Shown piece by piece: positions 17,549-26,291 of a DNA stretch of 32,000 nucleotides; position 1 is the first letter of the stretch; each line of letters begins with the position of its first letter. Made by a program: the position numbers and the translations under genes. This DNA is from Alkanindiges sp. WGS2144 (GTDB lineage: Bacteria; Pseudomonadota; Gammaproteobacteria; Pseudomonadales; Moraxellaceae). The notes below the pieces were generated by a model, which worked only from the letters and a program-made list of their open reading frames with translations, had not been told where the DNA came from and did not search any database. Location of the stretch: NCBI RefSeq assembly GCF_043950625.1, contig NZ_CP171007.1. One strand, written 5' to 3'.

Positions 17549-19768
17549 CTATTGATACCAGCCAAACATTTTAAAGATATAAGGCGCAAAGGTGACTACC
17601 ATCAGTGCAGGGAACATCACAATAATAGGCAATATCCAGCGCTCATAGCGGTAGTAGAACTTGGTGTACTTGGCCTTGGCCTCCGCATCCGCTGCCAGCA
17701 CCTCTTCATCCCCCACCGACAATCGCGTGAGCAGGTGGTTAAGTGCCACAGGCGGGGTCACATAGCCCAGCTCAAAGGCCACCAGACAGATCATCCAGAA
17801 ATGAATTGGATGGATGCCATTGGCAAAAGCCACCGGCGCAATGGAAGCTGCCACCAAAATTACCGCACCAAACGGATCGGTAGTCATACCAATACCAGCC
17901 AGCAACAAGGCAATAAATAATAGTGAAATATAAATATTGTCCAGGTGTGTTGGCAGTAAATGCACAATTTCAGTTTTTTCTACTAGACCGCCTACACTGG
18001 CTGACAATGCCATCAGGATAATCAGCGCACCAATGTGCCCAACTGTTTCTGAGGTCGCAAAACGAATAGCAGCCTCAAAGCTGGAACGACGCTCAACCCC
18101 GTGCGAGTCATGACTGCGCAAGTACGGAGAAGATTGCTCATGCTCCTGAATCATTTTTTCATGATCTTCAGCCGCTTGGCCATATGCCATGGCAGCTGAA
18201 GCAGGTTCACGACGTACTTTGTCAAAAAATACCACGGCCAATAAAATCAGCGGCAGGATCATGGGTGCCGTGAATTCGTTCATTTCAGTATTGAGGGCAT
18301 ACTTATAGAACAGCACCACCAGCGCAGCAATAATCACATAAGGGATCACCGGGCCTATTGCACGCACCATACCAGGTATTGCCACCTTGGGCGAGTTGAT
18401 ACGGAACTTGGATTCGGCAACAATTAACGACACACCCAGGAACAGGAATGAAATAAACCAGAATACATAAATACCATGGCTAAACAGCTCATCAGAAGTC
18501 ACGTGCTTGCTATCGAGCATGGCAATCAAGACCACCAATAAACATGGACGAATCACCATACCCAGCGTACCGGACATGGCAGATACCGCCAGGGCATATT
18601 GCCGGCGGGCACCAGAGTTCCATACTTCCTTATAGATCAGCGCACCTGCTGCCACAACAAAAATACCTGATGCACCGGTATAAGCAGTTGGAATGGCGGC
18701 GGCAATCAGAATTAACCAGGTTAAGGTCTCAGGTGAGAAGTTCCAGGGGCGCAGGATGTTCAGGAACAAGTCCATCACACGGGTCTGGGTTAACAGCATA
18801 CCTACCCAGATAAATAAGCCCAGCGCCAGGAAAATAGCCACATAGTCGGTCAGGAACCCCACGTAAATGGCCTGACCCACCGAATAATCCATAAAGAAGA
18901 TAAAGGCCGTACCTGTGATAATTGCCATCCACGCATACAACGGCACCGCCAGCAACGCCAGGCCAAAACTGCCGCCTTCTTTTTTCGGCGCAGACGGCCT
19001 GATTAACCGGTAAGCACTAATTAATGTAATGGTAATAAATAAAATAGCCCATAGATAATTAATAATGGCAGCCTTGGTTTCTACCGCAACCCCGGAGTGC
19101 GACAACGACAAAATATAACTGATGGCAGAAAAAGCCAGCATGCCGTTACCAATCATCATCGCAGCATCATGCACCAGATAATCCACTTTGGTCACTGCGG
19201 GGCGTAATCCAATATGGTGCTTATTTAAGGTCGCAGTAATAGCAGCAATGGCCACCATAATCACCAGAAATAAGGTGCGGTTCTCAGTACCAAAATGGAA
19301 AATGGCAAAGAAGCCCGTTTCAATGGTGCGAAATACTTTTACGCTGGGATGGTTATCAATATAGCTTTGTGTGTTTTCATAAAATTGATGTTTTTCTTCA
19401 CACACGGCCTGAGCAGCCAGCAAGGACTGTCGTACTTCCTCGGGATCTTTTGGCCCAAACAGATCAGCAAATGGGTCATCATTGGCTGAGCCTGCTGCCA
19501 TTTGCTGCTGAACCTGAGCCTCAATATTCGGATGTCGTTCACAACTGGGTGCCTTCGAGTCAGCACGCAGAAAAGAATACTGTACCCCCGTGGCTGGATC
19601 GCCATATAACTTTTCACCTACCCGCAGCAACTGGCCGTGTATCATTTCGCCAGTGCCAATAATAAGCGTTAAAATGAGTATTAAAAAAACAGGAAGGGTT
19701 GAAAACCATTCCGACCATGTACGATTTAGAAAGCCAGATTTGGCTTCTGGCGTAGGATTGGATTGCAT
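17549..19768 (-). CDS. Large polytopic membrane protein, DctM/TRAP-type large-permease-like (possibly a fused Q-M type)
   Basis: 739 aa with many TM helices. The segment 'YTGASGIFVVAAGALIYKEVWNSGARRQYALAVSAMSGTLGMVIRPCLLVVLIA' parallels the DctM motif region (..SGS..A.....G......M...GY.......a.sgtlG.iIPPS). It also has a hydrophilic loop of about 110 aa after TM1. The call is by eye only. Confidence 0.55.
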   Translation of the reverse strand: MQSNPTPEAKSGFLNRTWSEWFSTLPVFLILILTLIIGTGEMIHGQLLRVGEKLYGDPATGVQYSFLRADSKAPSCERHPNIEAQVQQQMAAGSANDDPFADLFGPKDPEEVRQSLLAAQAVCEEKHQFYENTQSYIDNHPSVKVFRTIETGFFAIFHFGTENRTLFLVIMVAIAAITATLNKHHIGLRPAVTKVDYLVHDAAMMIGNGMLAFSAISYILSLSHSGVAVETKAAIINYLWAILFITITLISAYRLIRPSAPKKEGGSFGLALLAVPLYAWMAIITGTAFIFFMDYSVGQAIYVGFLTDYVAIFLALGLFIWVGMLLTQTRVMDLFLNILRPWNFSPETLTWLILIAAAIPTAYTGASGIFVVAAGALIYKEVWNSGARRQYALAVSAMSGTLGMVIRPCLLVVLIAMLDSKHVTSDELFSHGIYVFWFISFLFLGVSLIVAESKFRINSPKVAIPGMVRAIGPVIPYVIIAALVVLFYKYALNTEMNEFTAPMILPLILLAVVFFDKVRREPASAAMAYGQAAEDHEKMIQEHEQSSPYLRSHDSHGVERRSSFEAAIRFATSETVGHIGALIILMALSASVGGLVEKTEIVHLLPTHLDNIYISLLFIALLLAGIGMTTDPFGAVILVAASIAPVAFANGIHPIHFWMICLVAFELGYVTPPVALNHLLTRLSVGDEEVLAADAEAKAKYTKFYYRYERWILPIIVMFPALMVVTFAPYIFKMFGWYQ

Positions 19769-20014
19769 AGGCGTTCTGCCCTTTATTGTCTATTAAACTT
19801 AACGAGAGTTAATCCTCTCACCTCCACGGCGGCCTCACGATCTATTTTGTGTCCCTTTGTACGACAAAAAAACCTTCCTGATGCACATTTTGCCATTATC
19901 ATGCCTTATTTTGGCGCTGATAGACTATGACATAACTAACATTTTTCAAAATTATTTTGATCAATTTGAATGCCAATGGCCGCTAATGCCATAGACACCT
20001 AATTTTTTAATCAA

Positions 20015-20638
20015 TTAACTTTTTCTGTCAGGATGAACTGACAGGCGACCAGGCCAGCAAATAACGACCAGATACCCGGCCAAAGCATATACCAAGCCGA
20101 CAAAAACTCCGATCTGGTGAGATTCAATTAATACAGGCGCCTGAATAAGCTGTGCCGTCTGGCTATAGCCCAGCCATTTTTCACACAAAATTTTAAGCGC
20201 AATACACAGTAATACCAGCCCGGCAAACTTTTGTTCGGTTTTAATTCTCAGGCTTTCCAGAGCAACCACCACATACAGGCCATGTAGAACACCAGACAAC
20301 CCGGCATAGGCATAGACGGTAGGTACAGCCCAATACAAACCTGCACTTAGCAAAGGCGACAGTATGACTAAGCCAGCCAGCAAAGTGATAGGGCGAAGAC
20401 GCGGAAAAATTAGCGGAAGGCAGGCTAAAGCTAGCATATTAAGCAGATAGTGACGCCAGCCTACATGTACCAGATGTGCAGTCCACCAGCGCCATGGCTC
20501 TGTCAGCATGAGGTCATGCTGATAAATAAAGTAACTGGCTTTGAATTGCAATAATGCGGAAACCAGCACAATACCAGCAATCAGCCAGATGACTGGCGGG
20601 ATATCCGGCTTATTACCGCTGAGCATTTTGAAGGGCAC
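20015..20638 (-). CDS. rrtA: Rhombosortase (rhomboid-family intramembrane serine protease, RrtA type)
   Basis: 'EPWRWWTAHLVHVGWRHYLLNMLAL' supplies the WR..T and H-x3-N motifs. 'YAGLSGVLHG' holds the catalytic GxSG Ser, and 'ESHQIGVFVGLVYA' the TM6 His. The size, about 200 aa, is typical. Confidence 0.8.
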   Translation of the reverse strand: MPFKMLSGNKPDIPPVIWLIAGIVLVSALLQFKASYFIYQHDLMLTEPWRWWTAHLVHVGWRHYLLNMLALACLPLIFPRLRPITLLAGLVILSPLLSAGLYWAVPTVYAYAGLSGVLHGLYVVVALESLRIKTEQKFAGLVLLCIALKILCEKWLGYSQTAQLIQAPVLIESHQIGVFVGLVYALAGYLVVICWPGRLSVHPDRKS

Positions 20639-20652
20639 TGTATAGTTCTATT

Positions 20653-20686
20653 AAAAAAGCTGCCTGAATTGTCAGGCAGCTTTTTT
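20653..20686 (-). terminator. Intrinsic terminator after the lipoprotein gene, only ~15 nt upstream of the rhombosortase start
   Basis: AGCTGCCTGA (20658-20667) pairs with TCAGGCAGCT (20672-20681), flanked by A6 and T6 runs. Confidence 0.8.
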
Positions 20687-20700
20687 AGCCAACTATTCCA

Positions 20701-21867
20701 TTATTCAATAGTCAGCTCATCGTTATCAGCGTCATTTTCTGGTTCACCAGTATTTTCCGAAGTATCAGCCTCTGAACCCTCGTCTGCTGATTCAGGAGCA
20801 GATAACATATCATCAGCCGCACCATCATCGTCCAGCAGTCCTTCCAGCGACAAACCGGAATCTTCTACTGCTGATTCATCCCAGAAATGCTGATAGCCAT
20901 CTTCTGGTGTACGCATGCCAGTATTTTCTGTCCAGTAACGATCAGAAGCATTTTGAATCATTTGACGGGAAATGGCGTCAACCAGACGATAGTTCTGGTT
21001 AACTGGTTTTCCTTCCTCAATGGATTGGCCATAGGTGCGTAGTGCATCGCGGATTTTATTTTGGTCGCCATTGGCCTGGGCGGCAATCACATATAGTGCA
21101 TGTGGTAGACGCACCCCGGCACGCTCACCCATAGCCGCTGATTCTTTCATGACCTGCCATGGATCAGGTTTTCCATCGCCAGCACCTGGCAGCAATGTCC
21201 AGATTGCCGCACGAATCGCATTAGGTGCCCCCCAGAACTGCTCGTTGTTCAAACAGCTCATTCCACGCTCAACTACTGCTGCAATGTCTTTGGGGATATT
21301 TACCGCCCCACCCGAGTTGATATCGTTAGTTACTGCCTGTAAACCGCTGACCATACCCATCAGATACACTGTTTTATCCAGATCTGTTTTCATACCAGGG
21401 CACTGGTCACCCAACTTGACTTTATACTTCGCCTCATAGTGCTCAGCAAATAGTAAATAAGCAGCATACTGACGGCGTGCAGCAGTTTCAGCCCAGCGTT
21501 TTTGCTCGATACGGGCGTCTTTGGCTTCTTCAATTTGGTTGGCTTTGGCAGCCCGTAGGTAACGCAGTTCTGCATTTAATGCATTGTTTTCTGCGCACAC
21601 TCCTGCCGAGGTATAGAGTAACACCCCAATTTTGGCGGGATCGGCACCCATGGCCTTGGTTGACATAATCAATGGCGTAGTGGCATTGCCACTGGCACAG
21701 GCCATATCAGCGTCATCCATTGCCACAATAGGGGGAACAATATGTTTTTCAGCAAAGCCCAAAGCAACGTTGGCTCCGGTTTTAATTACTTGAGAGCAGC
21801 CTGAAAGTAAAAAAGCAGCGACTGCGGTTGTCACCATGCCTTGGCGAATTCTACGGGCAGTAGACAT
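20701..21867 (-). CDS. Lipoprotein of unknown function with a polyacidic C-terminal tail (possible TatT-like helical-repeat protein, unverified)
   Basis: The ATG at 21867 follows GAGGA; the track start at 21882 is a TTG. 'MSTARRIRQGMVTTAVAAFLLSGC' is a signal peptide plus lipobox. A largely helical body of about 300 aa follows. The last ~70 residues are D/E/S-rich ('EDSGLSLEGLLDDDGAADDMLSAPESADEGSEADTSENTGEPENDADNDELTIE'). Confidence 0.7.
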   Translation of the reverse strand: MSTARRIRQGMVTTAVAAFLLSGCSQVIKTGANVALGFAEKHIVPPIVAMDDADMACASGNATTPLIMSTKAMGADPAKIGVLLYTSAGVCAENNALNAELRYLRAAKANQIEEAKDARIEQKRWAETAARRQYAAYLLFAEHYEAKYKVKLGDQCPGMKTDLDKTVYLMGMVSGLQAVTNDINSGGAVNIPKDIAAVVERGMSCLNNEQFWGAPNAIRAAIWTLLPGAGDGKPDPWQVMKESAAMGERAGVRLPHALYVIAAQANGDQNKIRDALRTYGQSIEEGKPVNQNYRLVDAISRQMIQNASDRYWTENTGMRTPEDGYQHFWDESAVEDSGLSLEGLLDDDGAADDMLSAPESADEGSEADTSENTGEPENDADNDELTIE

Positions 21868-22156
21868 TTGTAAGATCCTCAATGTTGTTTTTGTCCTAAA
21901 CCCGCAAAAGATAGCATGAAGAATGAATAAGGTACAATTATATTGGTCAGGAGCCGATTAACTGATTTTCAACCTAAGACTATTTTCTATGTCATAGGCT
22001 TAAACGAGCAAAATTTAATTTCACCATCGTTTTACCTTTATATACAAAAGCCCTACGACCTTATGCTTTGTTACAGCCTTAAGCGCTTATTCCTGCTTTA
22101 CATAAATATTTATTGATAAGCTGGTCTCCATACCTGGTTTAAATTGGAGTAAAGGC

Positions 22157-23275
22157 ATGTCTTATCAAGAGCTGAAAAAAATCTTACAGGATTTACAACA
22201 GGTAACTGCCAAACCCGCTGTAAGTATTTTTGTTAAAACTCACCGTACCTTTCCTGATAATGAAAAAGACCCAATTGCATTAAAAAATCAACTAAAGCTG
22301 GCAGAAGAACAAATCACCCAACAGTATGATGCAGCCACTGCACAAAAAATCATGCAGCTTATTAGGCAACAAAGCCGCGAGCTTGATTTCAACTACAACC
22401 TGGATACGCTGGCGATTTTTGCCACGCCTGAACAGGCTCGCCTACTGCGTTTTCCGTTTGAGGCAAAAGAACGGGTAGTCATTAATGAGCGCTTTGCCAT
22501 AAGGGATATCCAGCGCGACCTGCTCACTGCATTACACTACTATGTGGTGGTGGTTACCCGTGAAAAAGGTCGGCTGATTGAAGCCATCAATAATAATATT
22601 GTGCATGAGTTTAGTTCCGAGGACACCGCTACTGCCGATATTTTGCCTTTTGGCACTTTTCCAATGGCCTCTGACAACCTGACCGCCACGCGTGTTGATG
22701 AACGCGCCGGGATAGAAGACAACTATGTTAAGGAATTTATTAACCGGATTGATAAAAACGTACAAGTCATACGGGCCAAGAATGAATTACCCATTATTGT
22801 CGTAGGCGATAAGCGCAATATCGGTTTTTACCGTGAAGTATGCGATCAACCACATGCCATTATTGCAACGGTTGATAATGTCATCCATATGGATAATAGC
22901 CATGCCCAGCATATTATTGACAGCCTTCAACCAGCTTTAAAAGATTATCAGCAACAACGCCAAAAACAGGCTCAGCAGGATTTACAAAACCTGCATGGCA
23001 CTGCACGCATCCGTACCGATTTGCAGGAAATTTACCGCGCCGCACTGGAGGGCAATACCATTACATTATATGTGGCGCAAGGCTGTATGATTTATGGCCA
23101 GCTGGATGCTGAACACCGGACAGTTCATCTGCAAAATGAAGACGATGCCGCACAGCAAATTGATATTATTGGCGAGCTTATTGACCGGGTACTTGCAAGT
23201 GCTGGCAAAATCATTTTTATGGATCAACATCTGATGGGAACCCATGAGCAAGTAGTGCTGGAAACACGCTACTGA
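22157..23275 (+). CDS. aeRF1/Pelota-like (baeRF-type) protein lacking GGQ and NIKS; candidate Balon-type ribosome hibernation factor
   Basis: The N-terminal block is 'PAVSIFVKTHRTFPDNEKDPIALKNQLKLAEEQI'. The central block is 'HYYVVVVTREKGRLIEA'. The C-terminal blocks are 'LQEIYRAALEGNTITLYVAQG' and 'IGELIDRVLASAGKIIFMD'. Together they mirror the three-domain eRF1/Pelota layout, and no GGQ motif is present. The gene has its own GGAG RBS and terminator. Confidence 0.5.
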   Translation: MSYQELKKILQDLQQVTAKPAVSIFVKTHRTFPDNEKDPIALKNQLKLAEEQITQQYDAATAQKIMQLIRQQSRELDFNYNLDTLAIFATPEQARLLRFPFEAKERVVINERFAIRDIQRDLLTALHYYVVVVTREKGRLIEAINNNIVHEFSSEDTATADILPFGTFPMASDNLTATRVDERAGIEDNYVKEFINRIDKNVQVIRAKNELPIIVVGDKRNIGFYREVCDQPHAIIATVDNVIHMDNSHAQHIIDSLQPALKDYQQQRQKQAQQDLQNLHGTARIRTDLQEIYRAALEGNTITLYVAQGCMIYGQLDAEHRTVHLQNEDDAAQQIDIIGELIDRVLASAGKIIFMDQHLMGTHEQVVLETRY

Positions 23276-23307
23276 GTTTCTTGCGTGTTAAAGTTTTTAT
23301 ACATGCT

Positions 23308-23336
23308 AATCCCTGCCTGAGGTGGGGATTGTTTTT
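23308..23336 (+). terminator. Intrinsic terminator of the aeRF1-like gene
   Basis: AATCCC (23308-23313) pairs with GGGATT (23325-23330), followed by GTTTTT. Confidence 0.6.
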
Positions 23337-23376
23337 GACCAGCAAAAGCAAAGATGTGTATTAGTACATTCTTTCT

Positions 23377-23403
23377 AAAAACAAAAGCCCGCCGAAGCGA
23401 GCT
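23377..23403 (-). terminator. Intrinsic terminator of pnp
   Basis: On the minus strand it reads AGCUCGC-UUCG-GCGGGCU (one G-U pair, UUCG tetraloop) followed by UUUUGUUUUU. Confidence 0.8.
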
Positions 23404-23427
23404 TTTGATTATATGGATAACGCTGTA

Positions 23428-25521
23428 TTAAGCTTGTGGAATATCTTTCATAGATAACTTAATACGACCCCGCTGATCTACATCCTGAACCTGCACACGT
23501 ACTTGCTGGCCTTCAGTCAATACATCTGCCACGTTGGCAATACGCTCATTGGAAATTTGTGAAATATGTAGCAGGCCATCTGTGCCCGGCAGAATATTCA
23601 CAAATGCGCCAAATTCAACAATACGAACCACCGTACCGGTATAAATGGCACCTGGTTCCACTTCAGCAGTCAGCGCCTGAATTTTGGCAATGGCAGCCGC
23701 TGTAGCCGCTTTGGTTTCACCAAACACACGCACGGTTCCATTGTCTTCAATATCAATCGACGCACCGGTTTCTTCGGTCAGGGCGCGAATGGTTGCACCA
23801 CCCTTACCAATTACATCACGAATTTTTTCCGGATTAATCTGCACCACGGCATAGGTTGGGGCATGGATACTAATTTCTGGGCGGGCGCGGTTAAGTACCT
23901 GATTCATGGCATTCAGGATATGAATACGGCCAGAATATGCCTGATTTAAGGCCACTTCCATGATTTCTTCGGTAATGCCTTCAATCTTGATATCCATTTG
24001 CAGCGCGGTAATCCCGTTGGCAGAACCAGCTACTTTAAAGTCCATATCGCCCAAGTGATCTTCATCACCTAAAATATCGGATAGTACTGCAAAACGCTCG
24101 CCTTCTTTCACCAGACCCATGGCTATACCAGCCACTGGTGCTTTTAATGGAACACCTGCATCCATTAACGCAAGACTGGCACCACATACCGACGCCATAG
24201 ATGAAGAACCATTGGATTCAGTAATGTCCGATACCACGCGCAGCACATACGGGAAACGGTCACTTGGTGGCAGTACAGCCTGCACACCACGGCGTGCCAG
24301 ACGGCCATGGCCAATCTCACGACGCTTAGGGCCAGTTTCACGGCCAGTTTCGCCCACTGAGTAAGCAGGGAAATTGTAATGCAGCATAAAGTTGTCGGTC
24401 TTGGTGCCAGATAAAGTATCCACCATCAGCGCATCACGGGTGTTGCCGAGTGTCGCAGTGACCAGCGCCTGAGTTTCACCACGGGTAAACAGGGCAGAAC
24501 CATGGGTACGTGGCAGCACACCAACCTGAACATCCAGCGCACGAACGGTCTGGGTATCACGGCCATCAATACGCGGCTTGCCTGACAGGATGTTATCGCG
24601 CACGGTACGGTATTTTAAGTCTTCAAACAGGTTGGCAACTTCGTCGCTTAAATCCTCTTCACTGCCTTCTGGCGCAAACTCAGCAAGAGCAGCCTGCTTT
24701 AAAGCGTCCAGCGCACCATAGCGCTCCTGCTTCACAGTTAAAGTATAAGCCTGGGAGACTTCAGCTTCAAAACGAGCTTTAAGCTTGTCTTTTAATTCAG
24801 TATTAACTGCCGGAGCGACCCAGTCGCTTGGCTGAGCACCTGCTTCGCTGGCAAACTCCTTAATGGCAGCAATGGCAACCTGCATTTCATCATGACCATA
24901 TAACACCGCACCCAGCATCTGGTCTTCGGACAGCTCTTTGGCTTCTGACTCCACCATTAGCACAGCGCTGTCAGTACCAGCAACTACCAGATCCAGATCA
25001 CTTTGTGCCATTTGGGCAAAAGATGGGTTTAATACATACTCGCCATTGATAAAACCAACGCGGGCGGCACCAATTGGGCCTTTAAATGGCGTACCAGAAA
25101 TGGCCAGCGCCGCAGAAGTACCCAACATGGCAGCAATATCAGCATCCATGGTTTTGTCAGAAGACACTACAGACGCCGTGACCTGAACTTCATTGTAGTA
25201 GCCTTCCGGGAACAGGGGACGAATTGGACGGTCAATCAGACGGGAAATTAAAGTTTCTGCTTCAGATGCACGGCCTTCACGCTTGCCATAACCACCCGGA
25301 ATACGGCCAGCCGCATACTGTTTTTCCTGATAATTAACTGTCAGGGGGAAGAAATCCTGACCTGCTTTGGCAGTAGGTTGCGCTACCACAGCAACCAGCA
25401 CATTCACACCACCCATGGTGACAAAGACGGTATTGGCCTGGCGTGCAATACGACCGGTTTCCAGAACTACGGTATGCTGGCCATACTGGAATTCTTTACG
25501 AACGATATTAAACATGGACAT
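23428..25521 (-). CDS. pnp: Polyribonucleotide nucleotidyltransferase (PNPase)
   Basis: 697 aa. '[27 protein letters not shown]' opens two RNase PH domains, followed by KH and S1 domains. It lies downstream of rpsO. Confidence 0.97.
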   Translation of the reverse strand: MSMFNIVRKEFQYGQHTVVLETGRIARQANTVFVTMGGVNVLVAVVAQPTAKAGQDFFPLTVNYQEKQYAAGRIPGGYGKREGRASEAETLISRLIDRPIRPLFPEGYYNEVQVTASVVSSDKTMDADIAAMLGTSAALAISGTPFKGPIGAARVGFINGEYVLNPSFAQMAQSDLDLVVAGTDSAVLMVESEAKELSEDQMLGAVLYGHDEMQVAIAAIKEFASEAGAQPSDWVAPAVNTELKDKLKARFEAEVSQAYTLTVKQERYGALDALKQAALAEFAPEGSEEDLSDEVANLFEDLKYRTVRDNILSGKPRIDGRDTQTVRALDVQVGVLPRTHGSALFTRGETQALVTATLGNTRDALMVDTLSGTKTDNFMLHYNFPAYSVGETGRETGPKRREIGHGRLARRGVQAVLPPSDRFPYVLRVVSDITESNGSSSMASVCGASLALMDAGVPLKAPVAGIAMGLVKEGERFAVLSDILGDEDHLGDMDFKVAGSANGITALQMDIKIEGITEEIMEVALNQAYSGRIHILNAMNQVLNRARPEISIHAPTYAVVQINPEKIRDVIGKGGATIRALTEETGASIDIEDNGTVRVFGETKAATAAAIAKIQALTAEVEPGAIYTGTVVRIVEFGAFVNILPGTDGLLHISQISNERIANVADVLTEGQQVRVQVQDVDQRGRIKLSMKDIPQA

Positions 25522-25791
25522 TTATGTTTTTTCCTTGAATACGTTTTTGGTGGCGCAAGGCCCCTAACAACTGTTATCTATAGTGATTTGTGATTTATCG
25601 TTTGAATAACAGGCGTTAGAAGCCGCTTCACGCCATACTTTAAAATACAAAGAAGGAGCGAATCATCGCCCCTTCCCCAATACTAATGAGATTTGCTCAT
25701 TAGCGCTAACCAACTAGCATGCTGCCTGCTGTCCAGATCACCTGCCACACAACATGGCAGGTTGCACAGACAGTGGTTCATCTGTCTAGTC
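25522..25791 (-). promoter_or_regulatory. rpsO-pnp intergenic leader with stacked hairpins (rpsO terminator and pnp 5' leader)
   Basis: The hairpins are AGACAG/CTGTCT (~25768-25787), CCTGCCA/TGGCAGG (25741-25761) and TAATGAG/CTCATTA (25684-25702). In E. coli this spacer holds the rpsO terminator and the RNase III-cleaved pnp leader. A homologous role here is inferred, not shown. Confidence 0.45.
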
Positions 25792-26061
25792 TTAACGACG
25801 CAGACCCAGTGCACCAATCAGCGCCTGATAACGGCTGCTATCTTTGCCTTTTAGGTAATCCAGCAGTTTGCGACGCTGGTTTACTTTACGGATTAGACCA
25901 CGACGGCTGTGGTGGTCATGTTTGTGGGTTTTAAAGTGAGATTGCAGGTCATTGATCTGCGCAGTCAATAAAGCCACTTGAACTTCTGGTGAACCAGTGT
26001 CGTTTTCGGCACGGGCAAATTTTGCAATGATATCAGCGCGGTCAGCGTTGTTTAAAGCCAT
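25792..26061 (-). CDS. rpsO: 30S ribosomal protein S15
   Basis: '[60 protein letters not shown]' is canonical S15. A GGAGAG RBS lies upstream. Confidence 0.95.
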   Translation of the reverse strand: MALNNADRADIIAKFARAENDTGSPEVQVALLTAQINDLQSHFKTHKHDHHSRRGLIRKVNQRRKLLDYLKGKDSSRYQALIGALGLRR

Positions 26062-26291
26062 GAGGACTCTCCGAGATGCTTAAAATAAAGATGCGTAAAA
26101 TGTCATGGTGGTTACAGGAATATTTTTTCTGTGACCACAAATGCCGTGCATCACTACAGCAGTGGCGTATTTTAAAGCAAAGATGATGTGATTGCAAAAT
26201 TGTTTTAATACTTACGGCATTTCGGACACTGACTTTTGCAGCGCCTGCAGGCAGAATTCATGATGATATCGATATTCATAATGAGGCTCAT

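Noticed and set aside
20669-20893. A 74-aa Ser-rich plus-strand ORF ('...SSLSASFSGSPVFSEVSASEPSSADSG...').
   Set aside because: It is the antisense reading of the D/E-rich tail of the minus-strand lipoprotein. It has no RBS, is purely low-complexity, and starts inside the terminator hairpin.
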